In this document: positions 28,377 to 38,414 of the stretch, piece after piece
Numbering within the stretch: position 1 is the first letter of the stretch
Layout of the letters: each line of letters starts with the position of its first letter
Source: Deltaproteobacteria bacterium
GTDB lineage: Bacteria; Desulfobacterota; Binatia; UBA12015
Length of the DNA stretch: 64,000 bases
Direction of reading: 5' to 3'
Assembly: GCA_046583355.1 (NCBI GenBank)
Contig: JAYGCM010000063.1
Coordinates: 69,103-133,102 of the forward strand
Translations under genes and position numbers: made by a program
The notes under the pieces: generated by a model
Told to the model about the DNA's origin: nothing
The model's database searches: none
The model's input: only the letters and a program-made list of their open reading frames with translations

Positions 28377-30283
28377 CGACACACGGAAGACGCATCCTCG
28401 GCACCGCGGGCCATATCGACCACGGCAAAACCGAACTCATCCACGCCCTCACCGGCCAGGAAACCGACCGCCTCGAAGAGGAGAAACGCCGCGGCATCTC
28501 CATCGAGTTGGGCTTTGCTCACCACGAAATCGACGGCACTCGCTTCGGTGTGATCGACGTCCCCGGCCACGAGCGCTTCCTGCGCCATATGCTCGCCGGC
28601 GCCCAAGGCATCGACCTCATCCTGCTCGTGATCGCCGCCGACGATGGCGTGATGCCGCAGACCGAAGAGCATTTCGATATCGTCCACCTACTCGACGTCA
28701 AAGGGCTTCTTGTCGTCATCACCAAAAGTGACCTGGTGCCACCGGCAAGGCTCGACGAGGTCCGCGAAGAGGTAGCCATCCTCACCTCTGGAACGAACTC
28801 CGAGTCGGCGACCGTATGCGCCGTCTCTGCCCGCACCGGCGCCGGCATCGAGGAACTCCGCGCGGAGATCGCACGCTCCCTCGCCGCATTGCCGCCGCGT
28901 CCCGTGCGCGGCCCCTTCCGCATGCCGATCGACCGCTCGTTTGTCCTGCACGGCCACGGTGTTGTCGTCACCGGCACGGCTTCTTCGGGCATCGTTAGCG
29001 TCGGCGACACGCTCTTTTTGCGCCCCGGTGGCAAAGAAGTCCGCGCCCGCACCGTGCAGGTACACGGCGAGTCGGTCGAAGAAGCCGCCGCAGGTCAGCG
29101 CGTCGCCATCAACCTGCCCGGCATCGAAACCGAAGAGGCCGTGCGCGGCTCCTGGATCACCGCGCGTGGTGTCTACGCAACCACCGACCGTTTCGATTGC
29201 GAGTTGGAGGTCCGCCCCGGCGCCGCCCGCCCGCTGCGCAGTTTCGACCGGATCCGCCTGCATATCGGCACCAGCGAGGTGCATGGCAAGCTGATTTTCC
29301 TCGGCGACCAAGACGAGGTCGCACCGAAGCAGCGCGCCTTTTGTCAAATCGCACTCGACGAAGAAATTCTCGCCGGACACGGCGACCGTTTTGTCATCCG
29401 GCTGGAGACCGCGGGCCGCACGGCCGGTGGCGGCCGCGTGCTGCACCCCTTCGCCAAGCGACACAAAGCACGCGAGAAACTCGTCACCGAGCGCCTCACG
29501 AAGTTGGCCGCCGGACAGGGCTGCGAACTCGTCGTACCCTTCCTCGACCTGCACACGGGCTTCGCCGCACCGATGAAACTCGTCGCGCAGGGACTGCTCT
29601 TGACGGAAGACGAGTTATGCGAAGAAATTCCCAGCCTGGAGGGAATCGTCGCATTGCCCAATGTGCACGAAGTCGCCGCTCTCACGACCAAGGCAAAATG
29701 GCAGGACCTCATCGCGTTGGTCAGCGCCGCACTTGCGGATTACCACCGCGCCCACCCGCTGGACCCCGGCATGGACCTCGAATCCCTGCGCTCACGGCTG
29801 CGCGTCTCGGTACCGCCAAAGCTCTTCCGCTCGGTCATCGAAATTCTTGAGACGGAAAAAATCGTCCAACGTGACGAGTCGACGATCCGCCTGCCGCTAC
29901 ATGAAGTGCGTGTCGAAGAAGATGATGCCGCCCTCTTGGTCCGCCTCGCGGCGGCGATCTCCGCGGGCGGGTTCGCGCCCCCCGATGCTCGGCAATTGAA
30001 GGACCTGCTCGACCTGTCGGCCACACGGGTCAAGGATCTGCTGAAGATTCTGCTCGACCGCGGCGATCTCGTGCACGTCTCGGGCGAGATCTACTTCGAA
30101 CGCCAGGCGCTGGCGCGTGCGAGCACGCTGCTCAAAGAGCACCTCGCCAAGCAACCCGAGATCACGGTCGCCGAGTTCCGCACGGCCATCAGCGCAAGCC
30201 GCAAATACGCGCTTGCCCTGATGGATTATTTCGACCAGCAGGCGCTGACCATCCGTGTCGGCGACGCCCGCCGCCTGCGCTGA
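28373..30283 (+). CDS. selB: Selenocysteine-specific elongation factor
   Basis: [24 protein letters not shown] and DVPGHERF; C-terminal SRKYA winged helix; ATGA overlap with selA. Confidence 0.96.
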   Translation: MTTHGRRILGTAGHIDHGKTELIHALTGQETDRLEEEKRRGISIELGFAHHEIDGTRFGVIDVPGHERFLRHMLAGAQGIDLILLVIAADDGVMPQTEEHFDIVHLLDVKGLLVVITKSDLVPPARLDEVREEVAILTSGTNSESATVCAVSARTGAGIEELRAEIARSLAALPPRPVRGPFRMPIDRSFVLHGHGVVVTGTASSGIVSVGDTLFLRPGGKEVRARTVQVHGESVEEAAAGQRVAINLPGIETEEAVRGSWITARGVYATTDRFDCELEVRPGAARPLRSFDRIRLHIGTSEVHGKLIFLGDQDEVAPKQRAFCQIALDEEILAGHGDRFVIRLETAGRTAGGGRVLHPFAKRHKAREKLVTERLTKLAAGQGCELVVPFLDLHTGFAAPMKLVAQGLLLTEDELCEEIPSLEGIVALPNVHEVAALTTKAKWQDLIALVSAALADYHRAHPLDPGMDLESLRSRLRVSVPPKLFRSVIEILETEKIVQRDESTIRLPLHEVRVEEDDAALLVRLAAAISAGGFAPPDARQLKDLLDLSATRVKDLLKILLDRGDLVHVSGEIYFERQALARASTLLKEHLAKQPEITVAEFRTAISASRKYALALMDYFDQQALTIRVGDARRLR

Positions 30284-30329
30284 ACGAAGCGCCGCCCTCT
30301 GCACCAAGCCCGGCTCGTCGGCCGGGCCT

Positions 30330-31280
30330 TCAATGCCCGCCGGCGCGGCGGTGCACGCCCGGACTCGGCTCGGGCAAGGCGGCAACCACCCGCGCAACAG
30401 CGTCCGCGTCGATTTCGATTGCCGCCTCGGCCTGCAGGCTCGCGTAAAAATCACGTACCGCCGCATCGACAGCGCGGCGCAAAAGAAGCGCCCGAATCTG
30501 TTCGCCAACCTGTTCGAGCGGCCGCTGCTGGCCGGGGCGTTTCTCGACCAACTGGATGACGTGGAAGCCGTAGGGGGTTTCGACCAGTTCCGAAATTGCC
30601 AGCTCGCCCTCCAGCGCAAAGGCCGCCGCCTCGAAGGCAGGCGCCATGCGGCCGTGGCCGAAGAAACCCAAGTCGCCGCCCTTGCGGGCCGACGCCGTAT
30701 CTTCCGAATGCTCCTGCGCCAATGCGACGAATGTCTCGGGAGCCGCGAGCGCCTGCGCCTGCACGGCCTCGGCGGCCGCACGCTCCTTGATCAGAATATG
30801 GCGAGCCCGCAGGGTCGCGGTCGAATAGCGGCGCTGGTTCTCCTCATAATAAGCGGCGACCGCGGCATCGCCGACCTCGGGAATCTGCTTCACCTCGGCG
30901 ACGACCCGCTGCACAATCAGGCGACGTTCCTGGTCACGGAGTTGGCGCTGAATCGCCGGATCGCGATCCAGCCCACGCTCGATGCCGACCGCAAAAACCA
31001 GATCCTGAAGGATCAGATTTTCGACGAAACGACGCTGCGACTCTGGACTCAAGCTCTTGCGACTGCGGCCCGAGAGACGCATCAACTCCTCACGCAAGGC
31101 GGCGGCGCCAATCGCGTTGTCGCCATAGGTCGCCACCAACTCGCCTCGCGGGGTCGGCTCGGCGCGAACACCCTGGTCTACCTGCGGTACGGCCTCGCGC
31201 TGCTGACTACAGGCCTGGACGCCAAAAACGACAACGACGACGCTACAAACGAGTGCCCCAGCACGGAATCTATTGCTCAT
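30330..31280 (-). CDS. PpiC-type peptidyl-prolyl isomerase lipoprotein
   Basis: VQAC lipobox; ARHILI, GGDLGFF and ETPYGFHVI motifs. Confidence 0.92.
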   Translation of the reverse strand: MSNRFRAGALVCSVVVVVFGVQACSQQREAVPQVDQGVRAEPTPRGELVATYGDNAIGAAALREELMRLSGRSRKSLSPESQRRFVENLILQDLVFAVGIERGLDRDPAIQRQLRDQERRLIVQRVVAEVKQIPEVGDAAVAAYYEENQRRYSTATLRARHILIKERAAAEAVQAQALAAPETFVALAQEHSEDTASARKGGDLGFFGHGRMAPAFEAAAFALEGELAISELVETPYGFHVIQLVEKRPGQQRPLEQVGEQIRALLLRRAVDAAVRDFYASLQAEAAIEIDADAVARVVAALPEPSPGVHRRAGGH

Positions 31281-31531
31281 TTCGGGAAGAATAGCCCAAC
31301 CGACCACACGGCGAAATGGCGCGCGGCGGCAGGGGAAACCAGCCATCCAACCGCCACCGCAGCCGCCGCCGAAATTTTCTCGGCTCATCAAGCGCCCGCA
31401 TCCGTCCGATCTATTGACCGGCGGATAGGCGCTCCGGTAGCAAGAGAAGGCGGACTCCATTGGGGGCCGCGACCTCCTCTACATTTTCATTCGACTCCCC
31501 CTTCGACCGGCGTATCCGCGGTCGCATTCCG

Positions 31532-32839
31532 ATGCGTTTTCACGACCCCGAAAGATTTGAGAAGTATTGCGTAGCCAAGCGCAGGACCTACCTGCGCCAT
31601 CTGGCGGGCCGGGCAAATCCGGGACGCTTCTTTGATCTCTGGCGAGGCGAATTCGACCTCACCATCAAGCGCTTCCAGATCGGCGGCCTGAAGGAAAAGG
31701 ACCTCGCAGAGAGCGCCCGCGGGCTGCGCTGGCTTCTGCTCTCGGATCTCTACACCCAGGCGCGACGCTTCGTGCCCGACCTCATGCCCGCCCCGGCCAC
31801 CGTGCTCGAGAACCTCACCGGCGGGCTGCATCAGGTGCGCCGCGCCGGCTCGATGCTGATCACCGGAGAAGATGGCGCCGGTAAAGAGCAACTTGCCATC
31901 CTATTGCATGTACTCGCCGGGCGGCCCGGCGCTCTGGTGCGCATTCCGGCCCGCGAACTCGGCCGTGAAGATCGCCCCAGCGCCGCCCAGCTGATGCCCG
32001 AGCGGGGCTCGGTCTTCCTCCAGGACCTCGAAGAAATTGCGCCCGCCGCCCAGGAAGAGCTGCTCGCTTTCTTGCGCGGCGAGGCTCGGCGCCGAGATCT
32101 GCTCTTCTTCGCCGCGACACGCGTGCGACCCTGGGACTTGGCCGGCCTTGGCGTCAGCCGCGAACTGGTCACGCGCGTGAGCCAGACCGAGATCCGCCTG
32201 CCGCGCCTATCGACTCGCAGCGCCGACATCGAAGCTCTGGTCGCCGACGTGGTCTTCGACCAGACCCGCGTGCGCAGCGGCCGCATGACAGCATTGCGCG
32301 CCGAGGCCGAACGGCTCGCGACCGATTGGCGCTCGGACCGCGGCATCCCCGCCCCACAAGATTACGATTTCGTCAGCGAAGCCCTGAGCTACGTATTATG
32401 GCGCGAGAAAGCTCGGATTGCGGCTACCACCTTGGCCCAGATGGAGCCGGCAGCGCTGCCCGAGACCGGCAGCTTCCGCGCGGTCGCCGAAGCGGTGATC
32501 CGCTATGCGAAGGCCTATGCGCGCGAAGAGGACGATGACGAGGAAACCTCCATCGCACCGGCCCCCTCGGCCCGGGCGCGCAAGGCAACGGCCCCCGTCC
32601 GCATCCCCACCGAGCTCGGCCGCGACTCGTTGTTACGGGGCTATTATCTCGCCCTGCTCGAAGAAGAAGGCAGTGATCTACAGCGGGTAGCCGCACGCGC
32701 GGGGCTGAAATTGCGTGATCTAACAGCGGAATTCGCCCACCTCGGCGTACTCTCCGCGGCGCGGCGGGGGCGTGAAGAAAGCGAAAGCCGCCGCCCACCA
32801 ACAGGTAGTTCCTCTCATCTGACGAAACTATTACCTTGA
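31532..32839 (+). CDS. Degenerate sigma54-activator-like AAA+ protein with probable C-terminal HTH
   Basis: ITGEDGAGKE, FLQDLEE, Q..LL.FL, AAT and LP.L..R..DI motifs; no GAFTGA. Confidence 0.75.
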   Translation: MRFHDPERFEKYCVAKRRTYLRHLAGRANPGRFFDLWRGEFDLTIKRFQIGGLKEKDLAESARGLRWLLLSDLYTQARRFVPDLMPAPATVLENLTGGLHQVRRAGSMLITGEDGAGKEQLAILLHVLAGRPGALVRIPARELGREDRPSAAQLMPERGSVFLQDLEEIAPAAQEELLAFLRGEARRRDLLFFAATRVRPWDLAGLGVSRELVTRVSQTEIRLPRLSTRSADIEALVADVVFDQTRVRSGRMTALRAEAERLATDWRSDRGIPAPQDYDFVSEALSYVLWREKARIAATTLAQMEPAALPETGSFRAVAEAVIRYAKAYAREEDDDEETSIAPAPSARARKATAPVRIPTELGRDSLLRGYYLALLEEEGSDLQRVAARAGLKLRDLTAEFAHLGVLSAARRGREESESRRPPTGSSSHLTKLLP

Positions 32840-33050
32840 TCGCCAGCGCGCGCTGCGGGACACTGCCAGTGTAACGGCGATGTTGTATTATTTATCAACT
32901 CAAAATAGCGGGACAGATTCCGACGCCAGCCCGGCAGACCAACCGGCGGCGCTCTCGGCTCCCGCGGCAGCGGCCTCTCCTGCTGTGCCCGCCACAGCTC
33001 CTTCGCCCGCCACACCGGAACAACCCCAACCCCCATCTAGGAGTAGAGAC

Positions 33051-33314
33051 ATGGACGACGTCCTCCGACAGGCCGAAGCATTGCTTCGTTTTTCCGGCGA
33101 GGTCGAAAGCCGCATGACCGAAAGCGGCCTCGGCGGCATCGACGGCGTCATCGAGCGCTACGTACAGCTTCGCCAGGCACTCGACCGCCTGAGCCAGCGC
33201 GAGCTCGATTGGGCCAAAACGGAAGTCGATCGCCTGATCGAGACGCTGACCGGCGTTGCCAACCAACTCGAGCAGCTGCGCGCGATCAAACTCGCGATCG
33301 TCGACCCGAATTAA
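33051..33314 (+). CDS. 87-aa helical/coiled-coil hypothetical protein
   Basis: AGGAG RBS before ATG 33051; heptad-like Leu pattern. Confidence 0.7.
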   Translation: MDDVLRQAEALLRFSGEVESRMTESGLGGIDGVIERYVQLRQALDRLSQRELDWAKTEVDRLIETLTGVANQLEQLRAIKLAIVDPN

Positions 33315-33762
33315 AGCGAGCGCGCCACGCGGCGAAAACCGCGAAGCCCAACAATACACCAGCGGAGTCCAGCAAAACATCCGTGACGGCACCGACACGC
33401 CGGGGCACGAAAGTCTGGTGCCATTCGTCCAGTATCGCCCACGCCACCGCCATCGGCAGGACCCGCCAGGCAAGCCAGGCCAGCGTGCGATGCGAGCGCA
33501 TAAGCGCGCGGCCCAGCAAGAGCGCCAGAAGCGCGAACTCCGTCACATGCGCGAGCTTACGCAGCAGCCCGTGCAACTGGCTCAGTAGCTCGGGCGCGGC
33601 CCTCGGCAAAAAGAACTCAAGCAAGGGCACCAAGACCCGGCTCGTGCCATCGCCGGTAAAATATTCGGTCGAGAACAGCCAGATCGTCGCGGCCCAGGCA
33701 GCGACCGGGCCCCAGCGGCAGACAAGATCCCGCCGGCCGGTGGACTCAGCGACGCCCGGCAC
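33286..33762 (-). CDS. VanZ family membrane protein
   Basis: RKLAHVTEF, DEWHQTFVPRR and DVLLD motifs. Confidence 0.88.
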   Translation of the reverse strand: MPGVAESTGRRDLVCRWGPVAAWAATIWLFSTEYFTGDGTSRVLVPLLEFFLPRAAPELLSQLHGLLRKLAHVTEFALLALLLGRALMRSHRTLAWLAWRVLPMAVAWAILDEWHQTFVPRRVGAVTDVLLDSAGVLLGFAVFAAWRARFNSGRRSRV

Positions 33763-34981
33763 GCGCCTTGAGATCGCGCTCGATGGCGAAGGCGTAGCGG
33801 AATTGCGCGGGCGTGAGCGCCCCTTTGATGACCCGACCGTTGATATAAATCGTCGGAGTCGAGGCCACACCAGCGGCCTTGCCGGCGGCCAGATCGACCG
33901 CGACTTGCTCTTTGCTGGCGGGCGAGGCCATGCAGGCTTCGAGCTTGTCGGCATCGAGGCCCACCTGCGTAGCCAGCGTGCCGAACGAGTCTGCATCGAG
34001 CGAACTCTGGCCCGCGAAGAGCGCACGGTTGTAGGCATGCCCCTTGCCGGCTTCGTGAGCACATTGCGAAGCGCGCGCGGCCTCGCAGGCCACCTCGTGG
34101 TGGCGTGAGCTGACGTCCGGGTTGCAGTCGGCGTTGAGCGGGAAGTTGCGGTGAAAGACCTGAATATCGCCAGAGTCTGCCGCAACCGCCGCTTCGAGAT
34201 CGAAAAATGCGCGGCGACAATAGGGGCATTGGAAGTCCGAGAATTCGACGATCACAATCGCTGCATCGTCGGCGCCGACTCCCTCGGGCAGCGGCGCCTC
34301 GACCGCTTTCAGCGAGATATAATAGGCGTAGAAGCGCGGGTCGTTCTCGCGCACCTGAGCAATGCTGACCGGTCCCTTCGCCAAGCCCGGCGTGCTGTCC
34401 TGGCCCCCATAGAGCGCGAGGAGTGCCACTGCCGTCGCCACGACCGCCGCGACCAGCACCGGCCGAGGCTGCCAGCTCTTCGGCGCCGACGGGATGAGTA
34501 ATTTCACCTGCGCCGCCGCCACCGCGAACAAGCCCAAAGCCGCCGCATCGAGCGAGAGACAGAGCGGGCAGAAGACATCGAGGGCGAGCACGGAGACCGC
34601 GAGGAAATAGAGCGAAATGGCGAGAACCGAGCCCGCTCCCGCGAGCAGGAAAGTGGCACGGCTGATGGTCTCGCGCCCCTTGGCAAGAAAGACCCAGACC
34701 GAGAGGCCCAGCGCGCCCAGCCAGCCAACCAGGCCCCAGGTCGCCACCGGCGTACCCAGGAAGACCGCATACGAGCTGCCGAGGACGGCGTTGCACGAGA
34801 GCTCCGCAGAAACATCGCAGAAGCTCGCGTATTCTCCATGGCTCGACGAAATCTGCTCGTGCAGATAGACACCGAGGGCACTCAAGGCCACGCCAAGAAT
34901 GGATAAGAGAATTGCGACAATAGGAAGCGGACCCATATTGGGCGGCGCCACCGACGCGGAATCAGACCGAGCTTTTCCCAT
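33746..34981 (-). CDS. VKOR-DsbA/thioredoxin fusion (start may be 34936)
   Basis: C-x7-C..VL.S.YA, CPLC in a TM segment; EFSDFQCPYC and STPT.YING. Confidence 0.9.
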   Translation of the reverse strand: MGKARSDSASVAPPNMGPLPIVAILLSILGVALSALGVYLHEQISSSHGEYASFCDVSAELSCNAVLGSSYAVFLGTPVATWGLVGWLGALGLSVWVFLAKGRETISRATFLLAGAGSVLAISLYFLAVSVLALDVFCPLCLSLDAAALGLFAVAAAQVKLLIPSAPKSWQPRPVLVAAVVATAVALLALYGGQDSTPGLAKGPVSIAQVRENDPRFYAYYISLKAVEAPLPEGVGADDAAIVIVEFSDFQCPYCRRAFFDLEAAVAADSGDIQVFHRNFPLNADCNPDVSSRHHEVACEAARASQCAHEAGKGHAYNRALFAGQSSLDADSFGTLATQVGLDADKLEACMASPASKEQVAVDLAAGKAAGVASTPTIYINGRVIKGALTPAQFRYAFAIERDLKARAGRR

Positions 34982-37900
34982 GAACCTGACGAATCCTATC
35001 GGCGGCTCGGCGGTTCTTCAACTCCGATCTCTGCGCACCCGAGTGATTGTGCTGGCACTCGCCATATTCCTCGCCTGCCTGCCCGTCTCTGCGGCCGATG
35101 CCAATCTGGTCAAGAACGGCGGCTTCGTCCTCGGAATGGGCGCTGCCCCGGCCAGCTGGACGCACGGATTCTGGGCCACGGATGCCGGCACAGAGTTCGA
35201 CTGGGAAAAAAGTACGGACGCCCCCGGCGTCGCCATCATCCGCAGCGCCAAGCCCAACGATGCCCGCTGGGCGCAGAGCGTGCGGGTTGAAAGTGGCGCC
35301 TGGTACCGCCTCTCCGGTTGGGTGCGCGCCATTGGCGTCTCAGAGGCGGGCCTCGGCGCCAACCTCTCGATTCTGCGCGGCTTCGATAACGCCGGCGCCG
35401 TGCGCGGTGACGATTCCGGCTGGCAAGCGGTATCGATGTACTTCCGCACCAATCCCGGCGAGGAATTGGTTACCGTCGCCTGCCGCCTCGGCGGCTACGG
35501 CCAGGAGTCCAGCGGCGAGGTTCGCTGCACCGGCATCGAGTTGGCCCGCGTCGGCGCCCCGCCTGCCGGGGCGCCGCATGTCTACGGCAAACGAGAGCAG
35601 CGACATGCCCCCTCCGCCATTCCGGCCGGGCTGGCGATGGCGGCCTTGCTGCTCTTCGGCTTCTGGCGCTTTGCCCACCTGCCGGCGGGCACGCCGGCGC
35701 GCGAGGGCCTCGCCTTTGCCGGGGTGCTGCTGGCGCTCCTCGCCGTCAAGATCTCTATTGCACCGCATTATTCCTACCGCGTCGATCTCGGCACTTACGG
35801 AGCCTGGGCGGGAAGGTTGGCGGCACTCGGCCCCGCGCGCTTCTACGCCGCCGGCTATTTCGCCGACTACCCACCCGGCTATATGTACGTGCTCTGGGCG
35901 ATCGGCGAGATCATCACGGGCCTCCACATCGCGTGGAACTCCCCGGCCGTCGCCATCCTCCTCAAACTCCCTGCCATGCTGGCCGACGTCGCCATCGCCT
36001 GGCTGCTCTACGCCTACCTGCGCGGCTCGGGACGCAGACTCGCCTGGCTGGCCGGGCTCGCCTTCGCTTTGAACCCGGCGCTGATTCTCAACTCGACCGT
36101 CTGGGGCCAGACCGATTCCATTCTCTCTCTCTTCCTGCTTTTGGCCTTCCTCGCGCAGCGCCGCCGCGAATTCGAATTCACTTGGGTCTTTCTCGCGCTC
36201 GCTATCCTGACCAAACCGCAGGCGCTGCTGGTGGCCCCCCTCTTCGTACTCTGGCCGTGGAATTGGTGGCGCAGCTGGCGGCCGCTGACTGCGGGCCTCG
36301 CGGCCGCCGTCACCACATTCGTACTGGTGGACCCCTTCCGCGCCGGCCGGCCCTGGAGTTGGCTGATCGATCTCTATGCCGGCACCGCCGGAAACTATGC
36401 CGAAACCTCCGTCAATGCCATGAATTTGGCGGCCCTTCTCTTTGGCATGCGCGGCCAGGACTCGATTCTGCATCTCGGCCTGACAGCGCAGGCCTGGGGC
36501 TTTATCATCGGCCTCGCCATCGGCGCAGCTTTCTTTGTGAGCTACCTGCGCTCGCGCGAGCGCGTGGTCTATACGCAGCTCCTGGCCGCCGCGACGCTGG
36601 TCTCCTTCGTCTGCCTGACCCGCATGCACGAGCGCTATATGTACCCCTTCTTCGTCTTCGCCGGCTTGGTCGGCGTAACGGGCTGGAGCGGCGCGCTTTA
36701 TTGGGGACTCTCGGCGCTCTTCCTCGCCAACGAACTCACGGTCTTTCTCGAGCAGGATACCGCGACGGCCGGGCCGGTCTGGCTCTGGCAGGCCATTGGC
36801 GGGCTGACCACCGCCGGCATGCTCGGTTGGCTGGCTCTGGCCTGGCGCACGGCCAGCGGACAGGCCCGACCGCCCGGCACCCAGACGCTCGCCCAGGACG
36901 ACGACGCCTGGCAGGCCGCGCTCGCCGAACCGAAACCCAACCCCATAGCCGCGCCCGCCATTGCCGAGCTGCCGCCAAGCGAGCGCCCTGCATGGACCTG
37001 GAACGAAATCCTCGCACTTGCCGTGCTGATCGCCGCCGGCGCCTGCCTGCGCTTCTGGAACCTAGGCGAGCCGACCGCGCTGGTCTTCGACGAAGTCTAT
37101 TTCGTCGAACAGGCGCAAAATTACCTCAGCGGCACGGATTTCATGGACCCGCATCCGCCCTTTGCCAAATGGATGATCGCCCTCGGCATTACGATCTTCG
37201 GCGATGAGCCTTTCGGCTGGCGCGTCATGAATGCGGTATCCGGCACGGTCTTGATCGGGCTGATGTATCTACTCGGCCGCGAACTCTTCCGGCGACGCTT
37301 CGCGGCGTTTGCGGCGGCCCTCTTTCTCGCCTTCGACGGATTGCTGCTGGTCGACTCACGTATCGCGGTCATCGATATTCATTATGTGACCTGGGCGGTC
37401 GGCGCTTGGATTCTCACCTTGCGCCTGGTCGAGGACCGCGCCTTCGGAAGCCTCGGCCGGTTGCTCATGATCGGCTTCGTGCTGGGTATCTCGGTGGGTG
37501 CCAAGCTCTACATTCCCTTCTTCAGCTTCCTCCTCGTATTGGGGACGATCGCCTGGAGGGGGCGCCAGGAAGCCCTGCGGCGCCACCTCTCGCCACTGCG
37601 CTATCTGGTGAAACCGATTCTTGTCGTCGGATGGAGCGCCTTCGGCTTCTACCTACTGACCTATGCCGGCGACTTCTATTGGGGCTGGTGGCATTCTCCG
37701 ATCGATATTGTGCGCTACATTTTTGTCGAAGTGCCGAATTACCAGGCCGCCGTCGCCGACGCGACGCACCCCTATAGCTCCAAATGGTATACTTGGCCGC
37801 TGCTGCTCAAACCGATCTGGTATTATTGGCAAGACCCGGGCCCCGCGCCCGGCCAGGTTGTCGGCATCTGGGGTTCGGGCAACCCGGCTGTGTGGTGGGC

Positions 37901-38414
37901 TTCGGTGCCCGCTCTTGTGCTTGCCGCCTGGTACGCCATCCGCGAGAAACAATTCGCCGCCGGCTTCATTGTCGCCGGCTGGGTGCTGCATCTGGTGCCC
38001 TGGATGGGCATCGGGCGAACGCTCTTTCTCTACCATTACCTGCCCTCGTTGATCTTCGCGTTCCTCGCCCTGGCGTGGATGCTCGACCGGCTGAGCCGCG
38101 GTGTCGGGCCGCTTGCCCAACGCATCCTTGTCGGTGCTTTGCTGATGGCCGTTGCCTTGCCCGCCGCCTGGTCGATGGCCGGCGTCTGGGCCCTGCTCCT
38201 CTTCCTGCTTCTGCTAGGCGGCGCGGGCGCCGGGCTGCTCTCGGGAAGGGCCGACCCGGTACGCTTGGGCCTGGTCATAGCAACCGGCTTTCTCCTCGCC
38301 GTATTGGCAATTGGCTGGTACTTTCTGCCGATCTGGATGGGTACACCCATCAGCAAGGAGGCCTGGGAGCTGCGCATGTGGATCTCCAACTCAGGCATCA
38401 CAAAATGGATATGA
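34980..38414 (+). CDS. Multidomain GT-C glycosyltransferase: CBM-like + GT87/ALG-like + GT39 protein O-mannosyltransferase-like (start uncertain, 34980-35043)
   Basis: DYPPGYMY, WGQTDS, KPQ and MHERY; then VFDEVYF, HPPFAK, HPYSS.W.TWP, GNPAVWW and FLYHYLP. Confidence 0.88.
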   Translation: MNLTNPIGGSAVLQLRSLRTRVIVLALAIFLACLPVSAADANLVKNGGFVLGMGAAPASWTHGFWATDAGTEFDWEKSTDAPGVAIIRSAKPNDARWAQSVRVESGAWYRLSGWVRAIGVSEAGLGANLSILRGFDNAGAVRGDDSGWQAVSMYFRTNPGEELVTVACRLGGYGQESSGEVRCTGIELARVGAPPAGAPHVYGKREQRHAPSAIPAGLAMAALLLFGFWRFAHLPAGTPAREGLAFAGVLLALLAVKISIAPHYSYRVDLGTYGAWAGRLAALGPARFYAAGYFADYPPGYMYVLWAIGEIITGLHIAWNSPAVAILLKLPAMLADVAIAWLLYAYLRGSGRRLAWLAGLAFALNPALILNSTVWGQTDSILSLFLLLAFLAQRRREFEFTWVFLALAILTKPQALLVAPLFVLWPWNWWRSWRPLTAGLAAAVTTFVLVDPFRAGRPWSWLIDLYAGTAGNYAETSVNAMNLAALLFGMRGQDSILHLGLTAQAWGFIIGLAIGAAFFVSYLRSRERVVYTQLLAAATLVSFVCLTRMHERYMYPFFVFAGLVGVTGWSGALYWGLSALFLANELTVFLEQDTATAGPVWLWQAIGGLTTAGMLGWLALAWRTASGQARPPGTQTLAQDDDAWQAALAEPKPNPIAAPAIAELPPSERPAWTWNEILALAVLIAAGACLRFWNLGEPTALVFDEVYFVEQAQNYLSGTDFMDPHPPFAKWMIALGITIFGDEPFGWRVMNAVSGTVLIGLMYLLGRELFRRRFAAFAAALFLAFDGLLLVDSRIAVIDIHYVTWAVGAWILTLRLVEDRAFGSLGRLLMIGFVLGISVGAKLYIPFFSFLLVLGTIAWRGRQEALRRHLSPLRYLVKPILVVGWSAFGFYLLTYAGDFYWGWWHSPIDIVRYIFVEVPNYQAAVADATHPYSSKWYTWPLLLKPIWYYWQDPGPAPGQVVGIWGSGNPAVWWASVPALVLAAWYAIREKQFAAGFIVAGWVLHLVPWMGIGRTLFLYHYLPSLIFAFLALAWMLDRLSRGVGPLAQRILVGALLMAVALPAAWSMAGVWALLLFLLLLGGAGAGLLSGRADPVRLGLVIATGFLLAVLAIGWYFLPIWMGTPISKEAWELRMWISNSGITKWI

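Noticed and set aside
31490..31499. tRNA (selC) suggested by the T-loop-like TTCGACTCCC near selB
   Set aside because: No T-stem, cloverleaf, UCA anticodon arm or CCA end
32880..33050. Ala/Pro-rich N-terminal extension of the 33051-33314 gene
   Set aside because: Strong RBS at the downstream ATG and none at 32880; the extension is low complexity
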